64,000 nt of DNA from Girardia tigrina. Lineage: Eukaryota. How positions within the stretch are numbered: the stretch's first letter is position 1; each line of letters begins with the position of its first letter. Under the pieces are notes generated by a model that saw only the letters and a list, made by a program, of their open reading frames with translations, had not been told where the DNA came from and did not search any database. The stretch spans positions 1-64,000 of the forward strand of contig MQRK01232961.1 in assembly GCA_001938485.1 (NCBI GenBank), given 5' to 3'. Position numbers and translations under genes: made by a program. Shown in pieces: positions 12,991-25,404 of the stretch.

Positions 12991-15898
12991 GAGCAGAACT
13001 TCAGATAGTTTTAAAATAAATGTTATGGACCTAAGTGATGTCGAACCCCCATTTTATCCGTATCCATGTACGATCTAAACAATATTCTTTTTTATTTTTA
13101 CCTTGTTTCTTTTACTGAACATTATTAAGTTAAACACTCTGCATCCTTTAAATTTTTCTTAAATAAAACTTCAAATACTGAGAAAAAAATCTATTTTTAT
13201 TGAAAAAGTCCTATTAATTTTACCAAAAAATATTTATTGAGAAAATATTATATATTTCACTGAGCATTTATTAAAAAATATTGTGCAAAAAAATTGCTGT
13301 TTTTAAAAAATATATAAAATACAAGATTAAATATAAAGTAAGTTAAAAAGGGATCAATGAAACTTGCTTTTTAATACACAATTTTTCGTTTCGTTTAAGA
13401 TTATAAAAATGAAGGACCGGATAGGCGTGAGTCAATTGACTCAATACATCGTGGAAAATGATTTTTTTATTAAATGGTTTAGTTTTGTGGACCCTGATTC
13501 GGTTAATTGAAGAATCCGTATTGCTTATTTAACTGAAAGGCAGGGCATAATTTGATTTTTAGATCAAAAAAATGCTTTTTTTTCACTATAGTTTTTACTC
13601 TTTATCCTGAAAGATTTTAGAAAAAATATGATTTTCTTGGTCACGGTTATAATTATTTAATCGATTTTAACCTTTTGCTTATTTTGTAAAACTCTCAAAT
13701 AAATACAAGTTATTTTAAATCACAAAACAACTTGCGATCTCTAATAATTCTATTCGTTATTTTCAATTATAATTTTTATCGTTTATTGCCAAGCTGATTT
13801 TATTATTTTAATTATTTTAATTCGCTTATTAGTCGTAAACGTCAGAAAATAAATAGAAAACAAAAATAATTTGATATTGAAAACTTTGTAAAAGATTGAT
13901 TAAGGTTTTCCATCTTAGTTCGTTTTCATTTTGGTTGAAGTAGAATTGGATAAAAAACTTTAAAATTGACTGATATAATAAAAAAAAGAAACTCAATTAA
14001 TAATAAAAAAGTCAGTGAAAATAATAACATTTACCATTATTTACCGAACAAAACTGATAAATAATTCCCTAGCATTTTTACATAAAATATGATCATATGT
14101 TATTAAAAATGACCAAAAGCCATGAACGAAACATCCATGTCAAAAGTCTTTATATATATTTCATGACAAAAGATTTACTTTATTGAGGCTACCTTACATT
14201 AAAAAAGCAAATAAATTTAATAAATATTCCTCTTGTTTTAATGCAAAAAGAATAAAATATAAATAATAAAACGATATAATAAATGTAAATTTTAAAAATT
14301 TAATATTTGAGAGATAAAGCAAAGGATTATAAATGAATATCAAACAAAAGAAAGTGTTTTTTTTAGTAGAAATTCAACCACAAATTAGAAATTTTAACGT
14401 GTTTTATTTTTCCTCAATCACAAAAATTTTTGAGTTCAGGTAGATTTGAGACAAGATTTGATAATGGGTAAAATTGGTGATTGATAAATAGAAATTACTG
14501 CTGAGTCGTCTGTTATTTAATAAATTGATTTTATTAATGTCTTGATTGTGGAAATCTAATGTTTGCGACCTATGTCAATCTTTGTAAACCCAAGCAATAA
14601 ATATGACCCTAAAGAGGACCGTTTTACATTTTTTCTCTCTCGGATAAGTACGGACCCCTGCTTGTAAATGCCATATTAAGCGGGACCAATATCAGATCGC
14701 GTCATGAATATAATCATGCCTCAACCCATTCCCGTCACATAATCCGATGGAGTTGATTATCCCAGAAATTTTTATTCATCGACCTTTAAAGAAAATATCG
14801 GAATGTTTCATTTGACATTCCCAAATGTTTCGCAGCTTCCTTTGAAATATCGAAAAAGTGATTCATAGATTTATAATCACTAGAAGCATTTACGGTGCTC
14901 ATAATTTGAAGTACAATTCAATTATTTGAATGTGTATATACTGTTTTTGTTGAAATATAATTTAATACTTCAAATATTTCAGCAAAAATTATGAAATTTA
15001 TTGATAAAATACGTCTTACACGAACAAGGAGCTTAATCATCCTTCAAGCAATTCCACAAGAACTTCAAACGAAAAGCAGTGTAAATGTAGCATTGAAGTC
15101 TTGTGGGTAATTACGGTGGTTCTTTTAAACCATTGAAAGTACATATGCTTTACTTTTTTGTACATTCATATTATTATAAATATTCTACTTTACCATTAAA
15201 GAAAAAAAAGCTTACTATTTTTTTGTTAAAAATGTTAGTTAATTTTAATGAAAAAGCAACAAAATACAATTAAAAACCCGATATTTAGATACAGTGTAAC
15301 AAATTGTAATAATATTTTTTAATGAAGCAAATTAATTAAAATTTATAAGTTATTAAAAGCCGTCTAAAATACCATAATAATAAGCTTTTTAGTACTAATA
15401 TCGAATTAGCGTCATTGCCGAATTACCGAACTAGCTAATTTTTTAACATATATTGTGCAAAAATATGCCTAATTTAAACGATAAAGTAATTTTGGTTTTC
15501 TGAGGGAACATAGAAGTGTAAGAGTCCATTTTAAAAGCTTCGTGGTATGTTGTGAGATTTTGATTTGAAAGGAATTCGATTTAATATATTATCTTCAAAT
15601 TTTTCGGTTTTTGAACTTTGTTTTGAATTTTAAATGTCTCATTAAAAATATTACGTGACTATATTGACACAAATATTAACATATATTAACAACATTAACA
15701 TCACTCAAATAAAAGTCGGTTCACAGACATTCGTTCAGAAAGATGATGAATACGTTGTCGTAAATGCAACCTCCATGATCAATATTTCTCCGCCTAGTTT
15801 TTGAGAAGTGTTGAATCCCGTTCTGAAAGATGAAGTGGACACGAATGCTCTCGGTCCCCAAACACTCAAGTACAGTGGCGATTACGCAAATTTGCTGT

Positions 15899-15899
15899 A

Positions 15900-15958
<59 letters not shown>
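15899..15958. repeat. (CA)n(TA)n compound microsatellite
   Basis: Direct reading. Other (TA)n tracts lie at ~1532, 16586-16692, 20728, 46132, 53185 and 63108, three of them abutting N gaps. Confidence 0.95.
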
Positions 15959-15961
<3 letters not shown>

Positions 15962-16660
15962 ATTGTTGAACATTTTCTAGAATTTTCTATACCAATTTAA
16001 TATTTATCGGTAATTTGATAAAAATAACTTTTTAGTTTATTTTTATTTTAAAGATATTATTGTATAAATATCGAAAAATATTTTTTAAAGTTTAATTAAA
16101 ACATTTTAGAATTTTAAATGCTTTTTTTGGCCAATTTGAAAGTTTGTTCATGGGATGTAGTGTCTTATTATTACTTATTCATAAAACAGCCTCTCATAGT
16201 GTGAATGAGAGCCTTCCTGTAAAATAGAAAACTCATCATTTGAAACAAAAGAGATTCTATTTTACAATGTAACTAAATGATGAAGAACCTTACTCGATCG
16301 ACTCGATTTGGAATGCTCACTATTACGAGTTATGAGATGCATATTTGTTTTATACCTTCAGGTTTTATAGTTCAGGTTTTATACCCAGGACAATAAAAAC
16401 AGAATAGCTAGCAATCCACAAATCGTTTTTGATTTATTTGAGAGATAGCTTTGAACTTTGATTGTCAAAAAACATGAGTTAAAAAGGAATAAAGGAAGTA
16501 AACAATAAAACATTCCGAAAAATGTGCTTAAAAATTTTCTTAAATAAGCTTTAACAAAATTATTTTACAAATATATATAAGTATACATATATATATATAT
16601 ATATATATATNNNNNNNNNNNNNNNNNNNNNNNNNNNNNNNNNNNNNNNNNNNNNNNNNN

Positions 16661-16694
<34 letters not shown>

Positions 16695-17103
16695 TTATAT
16701 ATTTATATAAAGTTTATATTCAAATATATTTTCTTTATCCAATTTATATTTTTTTTCTTTATCGGGTAATGCGGTTTCATATAATATTAAACGTTAAAGT
16801 AAAGAAATAAAACGTTAAAAAAGTTCACTTTTAAGAATAAATATTTATGTTATATAAATTAGTAAATCAAAAAAATCTCTTTTTAAAACCATGATTTATG
16901 CGAATAAAGGTCTTTCAAAAATGGATTAACAAATTCTCAATTTTTAACAATTCAATAGATTTTGCTTCGATATTCCGGTTTTACAATTCGAACTAGTTGT
17001 GTGATCGAGTCAATTTGGTTGACAAAATATCCGGTCAATTAAGAAGTGTATTTGAATATGTGTTTATCTGCTGTGCTACTCTGTGATCATGATTGAATTG
17101 TTA

Positions 17104-18396
17104 TTAGCGTGAACAAAAGTGCCTTCCTTAAGAAACGATCTTGTTTCGCTACCAGTTTCGCCATTTGTCCGGGGTCCAACCATTGATTTTGTTGGTCTGG
17201 ATTACTGAAGTAAATCCACTTTTCATCGTAAGTTACAAGTCGACGGATGAAATGGTCATCGCGCGGATTTTCAAGCAATTTTTGACAAGTTTCAAAACGC
17301 TTTTCAGCTTGAATTTGTGTCAATTCATGAGACACTTCTCGACAATGTCTATTGACCTTGCCAAGAGCGTGAAGGTGTCGCACAATAAATGTTTAAGGAA
17401 AATCGAGTTCGGCCGACAATCTGCGAGTACTTATTGATGGATTTGTCTCGACGGCTTCACGAATTGCTCCGGAATCCACGGTGATAGGTCGGCCTGAACG
17501 TGCATTGTCTCCGTTGATGTCGCCTTCGTTGAACTTTTTGAACCAATTTTGTGCAGTACGATTTAAGGCCACATTATCGCCTTCAACTTCGCATATCTTC
17601 TTTGTTGCGTTGAAGCCCTGTAATGGCAAAAAATAACACGAATTTCAAAATTTTCCATGATTTTTCTAAAAGACTATAAAAATTAAATTAACGAATAATT
17701 AAAAGTTTTAATATATATTGTGATAGAGCAGTTCAAGAGCTTTAAAAACATATAGCACAAGTGTGTAAAATATATTTATTTAGTAATAAGAAACTATTGA
17801 ACAAAAAGACGTACCGTGTTTCACCGATAGTAAGACACCCCCGATTGTAAGACGTATCGGGAGTTTCAGAAGGGTCAGCTAATATAAGCCGTACCCCGAA
17901 AGTAAGACATATGTCTTACTTTCGGGGAAACACGGGGGATTTGCCTCCAGTGATGTGCGGTACAAAGAGTGGGGCTGGGGGTGCGAGCCGCACCCTGGGG
18001 GGGGTTCCACAGGATCCTAAGAGTGCAGATGTTTATGATGATATCCCAGAGAATGATGACATGGTTGTCATGGAATAAATTTGTCTTATATTCCAGTATT
18101 CCACTGTTCCTTCTTACCATTTTTCATTGTTTTACATGTTATGCAATGTTGTAACAAGACATTCTTGGCACTTCCTTTTATTAACCTGTTTTGGGGTGAA
18201 TACAATACTATTCAGGTTGTTAATAAATGTTAATATTATGGTTAAAACAAAAAATTCGACAATTTTTTTCCCAATATAAGACATACCCCGGAAGTAAGAC
18301 ATAGTGGGGCTTTTAGGGATAAAAAGAAAGTAAGACACTGTCTTACTTTCGGGGAAACACGGTAGAAAATACGAAAAGACTTTTGGTTCACCCTAA
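17104..18396 (-). mobile_element. Mariner element, internally deleted, interrupted by a MITE
   Basis: TIRs ttagcgtgaacaaaagt (17104) and ttagggtgaaccaaaagt (rc, ends 18396) with TA TSDs. Transposase pieces: NATKKICEV...RTAQNWFKKF...RSGRP...STRRLS and VSHELT...LVTYDEKWIYFSN. The coding sequence runs directly into the TIR, so the C-terminal half is lost. Confidence 0.9.
17814..18362. mobile_element. Tc2/pogo-like MITE nested in mariner
   Basis: TA-ccgtgtttcaccgatagtaagaca ... tgtcttactttcggggaaacacgg-TA, with multiple subterminal ccccgaaagtaagaca repeats. Removing it restores the mariner 5' end. Confidence 0.9.
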
Positions 18397-18769
18397 TAGC
18401 TGTGCTGTCTTACTCGATAATGATTGCATAATTTATTACATTTCAATATTCTGGTTTTTCAGTGCCGTTTTCGTAATTTAATCTATTTTAAAAAGGCAGC
18501 TTAATTATTAATTTTTAAATTTAAATTATATCAGATTATTAAATCTTTATTGGTTTAAAAAATATCAATTCTGTTAAAATGATCATTTATGGTAAATACT
18601 AGAAAACATAAATTTTCTAAATGAGTGAGAAAATTACAATTCCAATATAAATCTCAAATCAACACAAAACTTTCATACACAATTTGAAATATTCTTCATA
18701 ACTTTAAAGGATACATTTGATGAACAAAGTACATCATTTTGTTGTATACGATAAGACTTACTTTAACAT

Positions 18770-19445
18770 TTTTTAACTGAAAGTTATTCCAAGGTCGTAG
18801 GAAACAGCTGCCCAAACCGTTAATCCCGGCGATTTCATAGGTACACGAATCAAACGATGTTCATTCTCTTCAAAATAATAAAAAAAGATTATGCTTTCAT
18901 ACATGACCATTAAGGTAAAACGATGCCTCATCAGAAAAAATAATTCTTCCGCAAAAATTGATGCCATTTTCGTTGATTATCCAAGAACAAAATTCAATTC
19001 TTCGATCTGGGTCATCTTCTGTTAACTCTTGTTGAAAAGAAAACTTGAAAGACTTTACCTTTTCTTGCTTGAGGTAACGATGAACAGAACTCTGCGAAGT
19101 ACCAAGGACACGTGCAACCCATCGTTGATTTGCAGTATCGTTTTCTTTTACATACTGAACAACACTTTCTTTCATGTGTTCATCAGATGGTCTTCCTGAT
19201 CGCGGTTTTGTTGACAAATTCCCCGTTTCTTCGAATTTCTTCTTCCAATGCTGAACGGTTGTTCTCGGTGGCGGTTCACGTTTGAAACGCTCTTTAAAAA
19301 TTTGACACGCTTTTGTGCAGCTTTCATAAACGATTGCATGACTAGTGATGAAAACTTTATCTTTAATAGAAAATTCGACATTTCCACTTTCTTCAGCCAT
19401 TGTAATGGCAGTTGGCGCATTTAAATAAAAGTGAAAGTGCACAAA
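18770..19445 (-). mobile_element. Tc1/mariner-superfamily transposase N-terminal half (HTH plus first catalytic Asp), frameshifted
   Basis: PPRTTVQHWKKKFEETG...RSGRP...SSVHRYLK...QELTEDDPDRRIEFC...IIFSDEASFYLNGHV, then ...SPGLTVWAAVS. Confidence 0.85.
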
Positions 19446-19589
19446 CTAATATTACACATATAAAATTTCAATTTCATAGATATTGAATAACCGGATAATC
19501 AATCGATAGGCCGTAAACAATCAAAGGAATAATTGAATATGAAAGTCTGCAGAAAGCCATAGCTTTTCTTTGCTTTATAAAGAAAAGGC

Positions 19590-19698
19590 CGAGTCAGACA
19601 TCGATCACCGCATCTTTTGAAAATGCTACACGAATTTTGTGGAGCGATGCAATCTGTGTTTGCAGAAAAATGCTGAACATTTTGAACAATTATTGTAA
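19590..19698 (+). mobile_element. Tc1-like transposase C-terminus on the opposite strand
   Basis: NFVERCNLCLQKNAEHFEQLL* resembles the typical C-terminal R...C....G.HFE.LL motif. Confidence 0.6.
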
Positions 19699-21921
19699 AA
19701 CCTTTTTCTTTTCATGTCTTCAAGTTGTACTGCGTAAAAAAACCATGTCGTAATACATTTATATCATATTCAAAAAGTTTTACATTACATCGCAGTATAG
19801 TTCCATATCTTGAGACGACGACTTATGAATCGCATGGTATTTAAAATTCATTAAACGCTCTCATTAAATGAAAGGGTTGATTATATCCTCTAAAAAGATT
19901 TAGCAATATGATTTCATTCATTACTTTATGGCAGCACAAATATAATATATATTTATAGTGTAGTAATCAATCTGTTACTATTGTTTTATCCGCGATGATA
20001 ACTTCATCTCTGTTTCCATTTAAAAAATCGGCTTTCTATCAAAAATCATATATTACATCCATTGATTTATGAAACATATTTCCTTTGGTTTAATTCAATA
20101 CTTGGTTGTTTATATTTTATTGTGAATTGTAGGTATCATAATATCTGTACCAGTATTGAAAGAAGAATAACCGTATGGTTTTTGTAAGTAAGTTTGCTTC
20201 AAAATCATAGAATAAGAGCAAATCTTCACTATAAAAAACTCTGAAAGATCTTGTACATCATTTTATATTTTCAGTTTGCATGGGATTTAAATTACTGCTA
20301 ACCTTTTCTATTGTATTATTCTGGTATACGTAATTTCTTTTAAAATAAAATATATTTCCGGTTATGTTATTAAAATATTTCTTTCTTTTAATTTATCTGG
20401 TATACCTTACAACGTTACTGAAATATCCTTTTTTATTATATAAGCAATGTTTTCATTTACTATTTCATAATTAGTTCCTTTTATTTTCCTTTTAATAATT
20501 AAATTTCCATTTTTTCCAGGTTTAATAGTTGAGGACAGATGATCTCATCAATCTACTGAAATAATAATTCCAACGACAAAATTGAATTAAACATTAAATA
20601 CATTATTCCAAAAAAGTTATTAAAGACTGATAAATTGTCCACCAAATTTATTTAATATTAAAGCAATTCCAAACTCTCATTTTTCAATCCATAAAATATC
20701 AATTTAATAATTAATCTCATTAATGTAATATATATATATATATATATATATAAATATATATACAATATATACATACATGTAGGTCACTACATTAATAATC
20801 TTAGAATATTTTTAATCAAATATCGATTCTGAAAATCAAAGACTTAGAAATTAAAAAAGTAAAAGTATTTTGATTTTTTGATTTCGGCGACTCTTCATAA
20901 TTCTGTTTTGTGGTTTATTTATTGTTTTATATATAAATATATATTTGAAGCTTGATTTACTAAAATATAAATTATTTTATTTTGTTTAGACCAATAATTA
21001 TGTCTGTTTAATTAGATTTCAAAACGAATATTAATCGATTAATTATGTTATGTATTTTGTTTTGATAACCATTGAGATATTTTTTCAAATATTCTTCAAA
21101 GAATTTCATCTATCCGGTTCATAATTGAATAAATCCGGCATATATTCATATAAATATAAATAGGAAATATATCAATATAAACATTACATTGATATAAAAA
21201 TATAAAATATGATATAGTCATGCCAATAAACTTTATTCACTCAACGTGAAACATCCTTGGTAGTACTTGTTCAATTTCTAATACAAGATGAATTGAATAC
21301 TGACTTTTATTGGGGTTTTAATAGTCGTGATCTAAATAAAACACTATAGCAGAGTGCAGTTATACGTTAGATTTAGTAGAGAGTGAATATGGTCATTCCT
21401 TGGAGTTAAGAATATATTGTGGCTTGTGTAGTGACAACTATCTAAAATAAATATAGCCGAACTGAAGTGACAGGTTATACGATAATATATAAAATCAAAA
21501 CTAAAAATATTAGTATAAATTATAATTAACTATAAACAAGTAATAAACTAAAGTGCGAAAGACGTTTTGATCAAGATAACAATAAAAAGACAAGGGTTGC
21601 AATAATGCAAAAATAGCAATGGTAAAACATGATACTTAAATCAATAGGATATGGAACTACCAGATGGTTCTTATTAATAAATCCATTGAATTATATAAAA
21701 TTCTTCTCTATATTAAAGAAAGGAATATCTCGATTAGTCACTTGTGATTTTTGGAATGGAAGATTTTTTGATTGTGACAACTTACGAATTCTATCGACGA
21801 ACTGAGTATGTTTGTTAAGGATTGAAAATTAAATGTATTTTTGCAGTATTTGTCGTAGATGATTGTAGACTTGAAATCCTTTTTTTTAGGTTACCTTTTA
21901 TTATAATAAATTATATAAATA

Positions 21922-23108
21922 TGTTATGCCAAATTCATGAATTAGGCAAAAAAAATTGCTAAATTCGAGAATTAGCCATAAAATTGCCGAATTCACGAAT
22001 TAGGCAACAGTTTGCTGAAATAGTGTAATTGCCAAATTTATGAACTCCTCAATTTTTGCAAAATGCACTAACTATATGATAAATTTACATTTTAAAATGA
22101 AAATTTCTCGATTTAAAATAAAAGTATTTAATATGCAAAAATATCAATTGAATATAAAAAAAAACAATTTAATATGAAAAATATGTATTTAATATGAAAA
22201 AAATTCAATTTAATATGGGAAAATATCAATATGATATCAAAAATTCTGTATTTAATATGAAAAAAATATCAATTTATCATTGTGAGGAATATTTTTGAAT
22301 GGTGTTTATTGTGTGTTGTTTGGTATGTTGTTTTAGGATTCTGTTTCTCCCACCCAGATGGAGGATTGATATTTTAAATATTTTAAAACGTCGGGTTGTT
22401 TAATCAAGTATTAAAATTTAAATAATCACTTTAAAATTAAACTAATATTTCATAAATAATATTTTAATAATAATTTTCTTAAAATAAATAAAAATTATTT
22501 TAAATTTTAAGTATAAATAATTTTTATAATAATTAAATTATAATTTAAAGTATAAATTATTCTTGTAAGAATTAAATTGTAATTTAAATTTGTTTGAATA
22601 ATAAGACGTTTAAGAATATTATTAAAGATTATCAATCAAGAACGTTGACGTGCTACGCAAGTTTTACGGATAATTGTTCTAGTGACAATTCAAATTGTGA
22701 TATAAATAAATGTAAGGAAAACCAATTAATGTTCTTAATAATCATTAAAAATTATCAATTTAATATGAAAAAATAAATTAAATTTGAAAAAAATCTTGAT
22801 TTATTATGCAAAATAGATTCCAAATGTTAAATTTTTATTCATAGTTATTTTACCTTCTTCCTTGGTTGCAAGCTGAATTACAAACGTTTGTATTTTAAAA
22901 GCATTTTTCATATAAAATTGATATTTTTTCTTATTAAATACAATTTTCTTATTAAATCGATATTTTATTCAAATTAAATTGTTTTTTTTCATATTAAATT
23001 GATATTTTTTCATATTAAAATATAATCAATTTCATAATTGAATACAAAAAAATTTTAAAAAAATTGCCGAGTTCGTGAATTCAGCAATTATGCAAATTCA
23101 GCATAACA
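21922..23108. mobile_element. Unclassified TIR element with subterminal GCCGAATTC-like repeats
   Basis: Ends tgttatgccaaattc... and ...gcaaattcagcataaca. Repeated tgcc.aattc.cgaatt.ggca units lie at both ends, and aatttaatatgaaaa arrays lie inside in inverted orientation. Confidence 0.65.
22281..22740 (+). mobile_element. Solo LTR (family also at 57510-57931)
   Basis: Starts tgtgagg and ends taata (decayed taaca), with exact 5-bp TSD ATCAT (22276-22280, 22741-22745). Colinear with 57510-57931. Confidence 0.85.
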
Positions 23109-24461
23109 TATATATGTGCGTGTATAATCCATATTTAGGCATAAATAAATAATATAACGCTGAGCACTACAGTTGTTTCAAATTATTATTATTACGTGTA
23201 CTGTATGATGCCTTTGCTTATTGCATATTTTAGAAATATGAATATTTATATTCTCATTATAACTAAATTAACTAATAATTTTTAATATAAATTTTATCAT
23301 TTATTTTTTTGACAAAACATTCTTTTGTCAGTTAATAAAAAATAATTTCTCATTTTAATATTAAAAAAATAAAATCAAAATTAGACTTTATCTAAAAATA
23401 TAAATTTAATAACAACTTTTATATAATAACTACCCTTGTAAAAATCAAAAAGTGGAAAATTCATATAATTCAAGATTTTCTTATTGAAAAAGAAACATAT
23501 TATAAATGTCAATTAATTTAATTTATATGAATTCATTAATTTGTATTTATTACTCTTTTATAAAAGAAATATTTTCAAATCAAATACATAAATTTAAAAT
23601 ATGCAATTTGAATTTAATGAAACAAAATATTAAATTATTTTATTATTGTCTTTTCTGTGATAATCTAATCAAAAAGAATCTTTGAGAAAACAAACATACC
23701 AAAGAATAAATTTAATAAAATTTATTGAACAATAAAACATTCCCATAAAAATAATTTATTATGTAAACTGTCGTGTGATTCTATCAAAATTCACAATTTA
23801 TTGTTCAAAAAATAAATGATAAATGGCATCTTATGTAAAGTTTACAACGAAAAATAAGCACTTCAAAGAAATATATATTAATGAAAAAATAAAAAAGAAA
23901 TAGTTTACCTTTCTTCATCAGAAAAAGAGAGTTTAGTTTACAAGAACTATTATTGGCTAATAAAATTAATTAATTTTAAAATTAATTATTAACCAATAAA
24001 AATGATTTAATTTTAGTAATTATAATTTTTTTAAATATTTTTTTCACTATTATTTGAATTATTTTAATAAAGTCTTTTGACTAAAAACAATATTTTAAAA
24101 AATAATTTTTTAAATAAATTAATTACAAAAAAAAATTTTAACTTATAATTTACTAATTTTTCTCATTATGGTTCAATAATTAAAAGATTCCTAAAATTTG
24201 TTAAATATTTAAATTTTAATTAATAGATGAATGTTAAAATTTACACCTAGTAACAAACAATATTATTGATCGATTTGCTAAATTTTCTGTGTTCTACAGT
24301 ATTACTTCCATCCAAATTACGGTATTGTTCTTGGATTATATTATTATAGAAATATTTGAATTACATTTTTATATTTCAAAAAATAAGAATGTGAAAACTC
24401 AAGATGAAGTTTGGCTAAATTATATCAGAGTCCAATTTTTCATATATTTGTTATTAAAATC

Positions 24462-24584
24462 CTATAATTTTTTGGATTGGTTAATTTCTAAGCTATTATT
24501 CATTAAGTTATTATTCATTAGGTAACAACGGTACTCATTGGGTACACAAAATTTGTAAACTGTCACACTCCATAATTCCTTGCT
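24462..24584 (-). other. Candidate terminal exon
   Basis: Acceptor tttttatttcatag followed by the open frame SKELWSVTVYKFCVPNEYRCYLMNNN...KKL*. Confidence 0.3.
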
Positions 24585-24724
24585 CTATGAAATAAAAAGA
24601 AAACAATTCTCAAGTTTAAATAGAAAAAAAGAAATAAACAGAAAAAATGTATTTATAATTCAATTTGAAGAAAACAGAATTATAATTGTAAAAAAAGGAA
24701 ATTCACAAGAACAAACATGCGTAA

Positions 24725-25404
24725 AAAAATTAATAGTTTAAACATTGAAACCTGCTTTACACTTGGGTATACTCTAAGCTTACCTTACTCCGAGGGTTTT
24801 AAACACCTCAAGAATTCGATCTTGAAATCAATAAATAATATTTTAAATTTAAAAATTATTTCTCAATCATTTAAAGTTGAGAATATGTTTTGCAATAAAT
24901 CACATACTCCTTTAGGATTGTGTTCGGATATTGTTTATCAATACACATGTAATGGGTGCCAATGCCACATACATCGGAGAGACTGCCCGTCATCTCTGCA
25001 AAAGAGTCCAAGAACACAGTCAAAAAGGGGGAAAGAGTAATATTGCTGAGCATAAAGAAACGTGTAAATGTAATATGAGCATAAATGATTTTAAGATTTT
25101 GTGCAAGCATTTTAAAAATTATTGGGAGAGAGTGTCATGTGAAGCATTGTTCATAAGATCATGTGATCCTAAAATCAATGTTCAAACAGCACTCTCAACT
25201 AATTTGTTAAGAGTTTTCGATTAGACTTACGTAAGTGATTACATAATCATTCATTTCTTATATAAAAGCAATAAAAAAAAGAACATAATCAGTGATCTGA
25301 TGATGACGGTTAAACCGTCGAAATATATTATCATAAAATATATTTTTAAATGGCGTTTATTTGTTTTTAATTAAAAATTGCCATCTTTTTTCAAGTTTAT
25401 TTGT
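24725..25404 (+). mobile_element. 5'-truncated Penelope-like element with pLTR and 12-bp TSD
   Basis: LPYSEGF...NKSHTPLGLCSDIVYQYTCNG(fs)NATYIGETARHLCKRVQEH...NIAEHKETC...EALFIRSCDPKINVQ* is a GIY-YIG domain. It is flanked by aaacatgcgtaa at 24713-24724 and 25405-25416. Confidence 0.92.
25293..25333 (+). ncRNA. Minimal type I hammerhead ribozyme (PLE pLTR)
   Basis: tgat-CTGATGA-t-gacggt-taa-accgtc-GAAA-tata-TT-atca: stem I tgat/atca, perfect 6-bp stem II, palindromic minimal stem III, predicted cleavage after 25329. Confidence 0.85.

Noticed and set aside
21925-22050. CRISPR-like spaced palindromic repeats
   Set aside because: Units are degenerate, spacers are short and non-unique, no cas genes are present, and the context is eukaryotic. 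These are subterminal TE repeats.
22594-22776. Cys-rich small ORF
   Set aside because: It lies inside a solo LTR, and the cysteines are not conserved in the 57510 copy.
24931-25300. Selenoprotein-type (Naiad-like) PLE with UGA-Sec and SECIS
   Set aside because: The endonuclease has the CxxC layout, but the Cys codons in the visible copies are TGT/TGC and I see no convincing SECIS after the stop.
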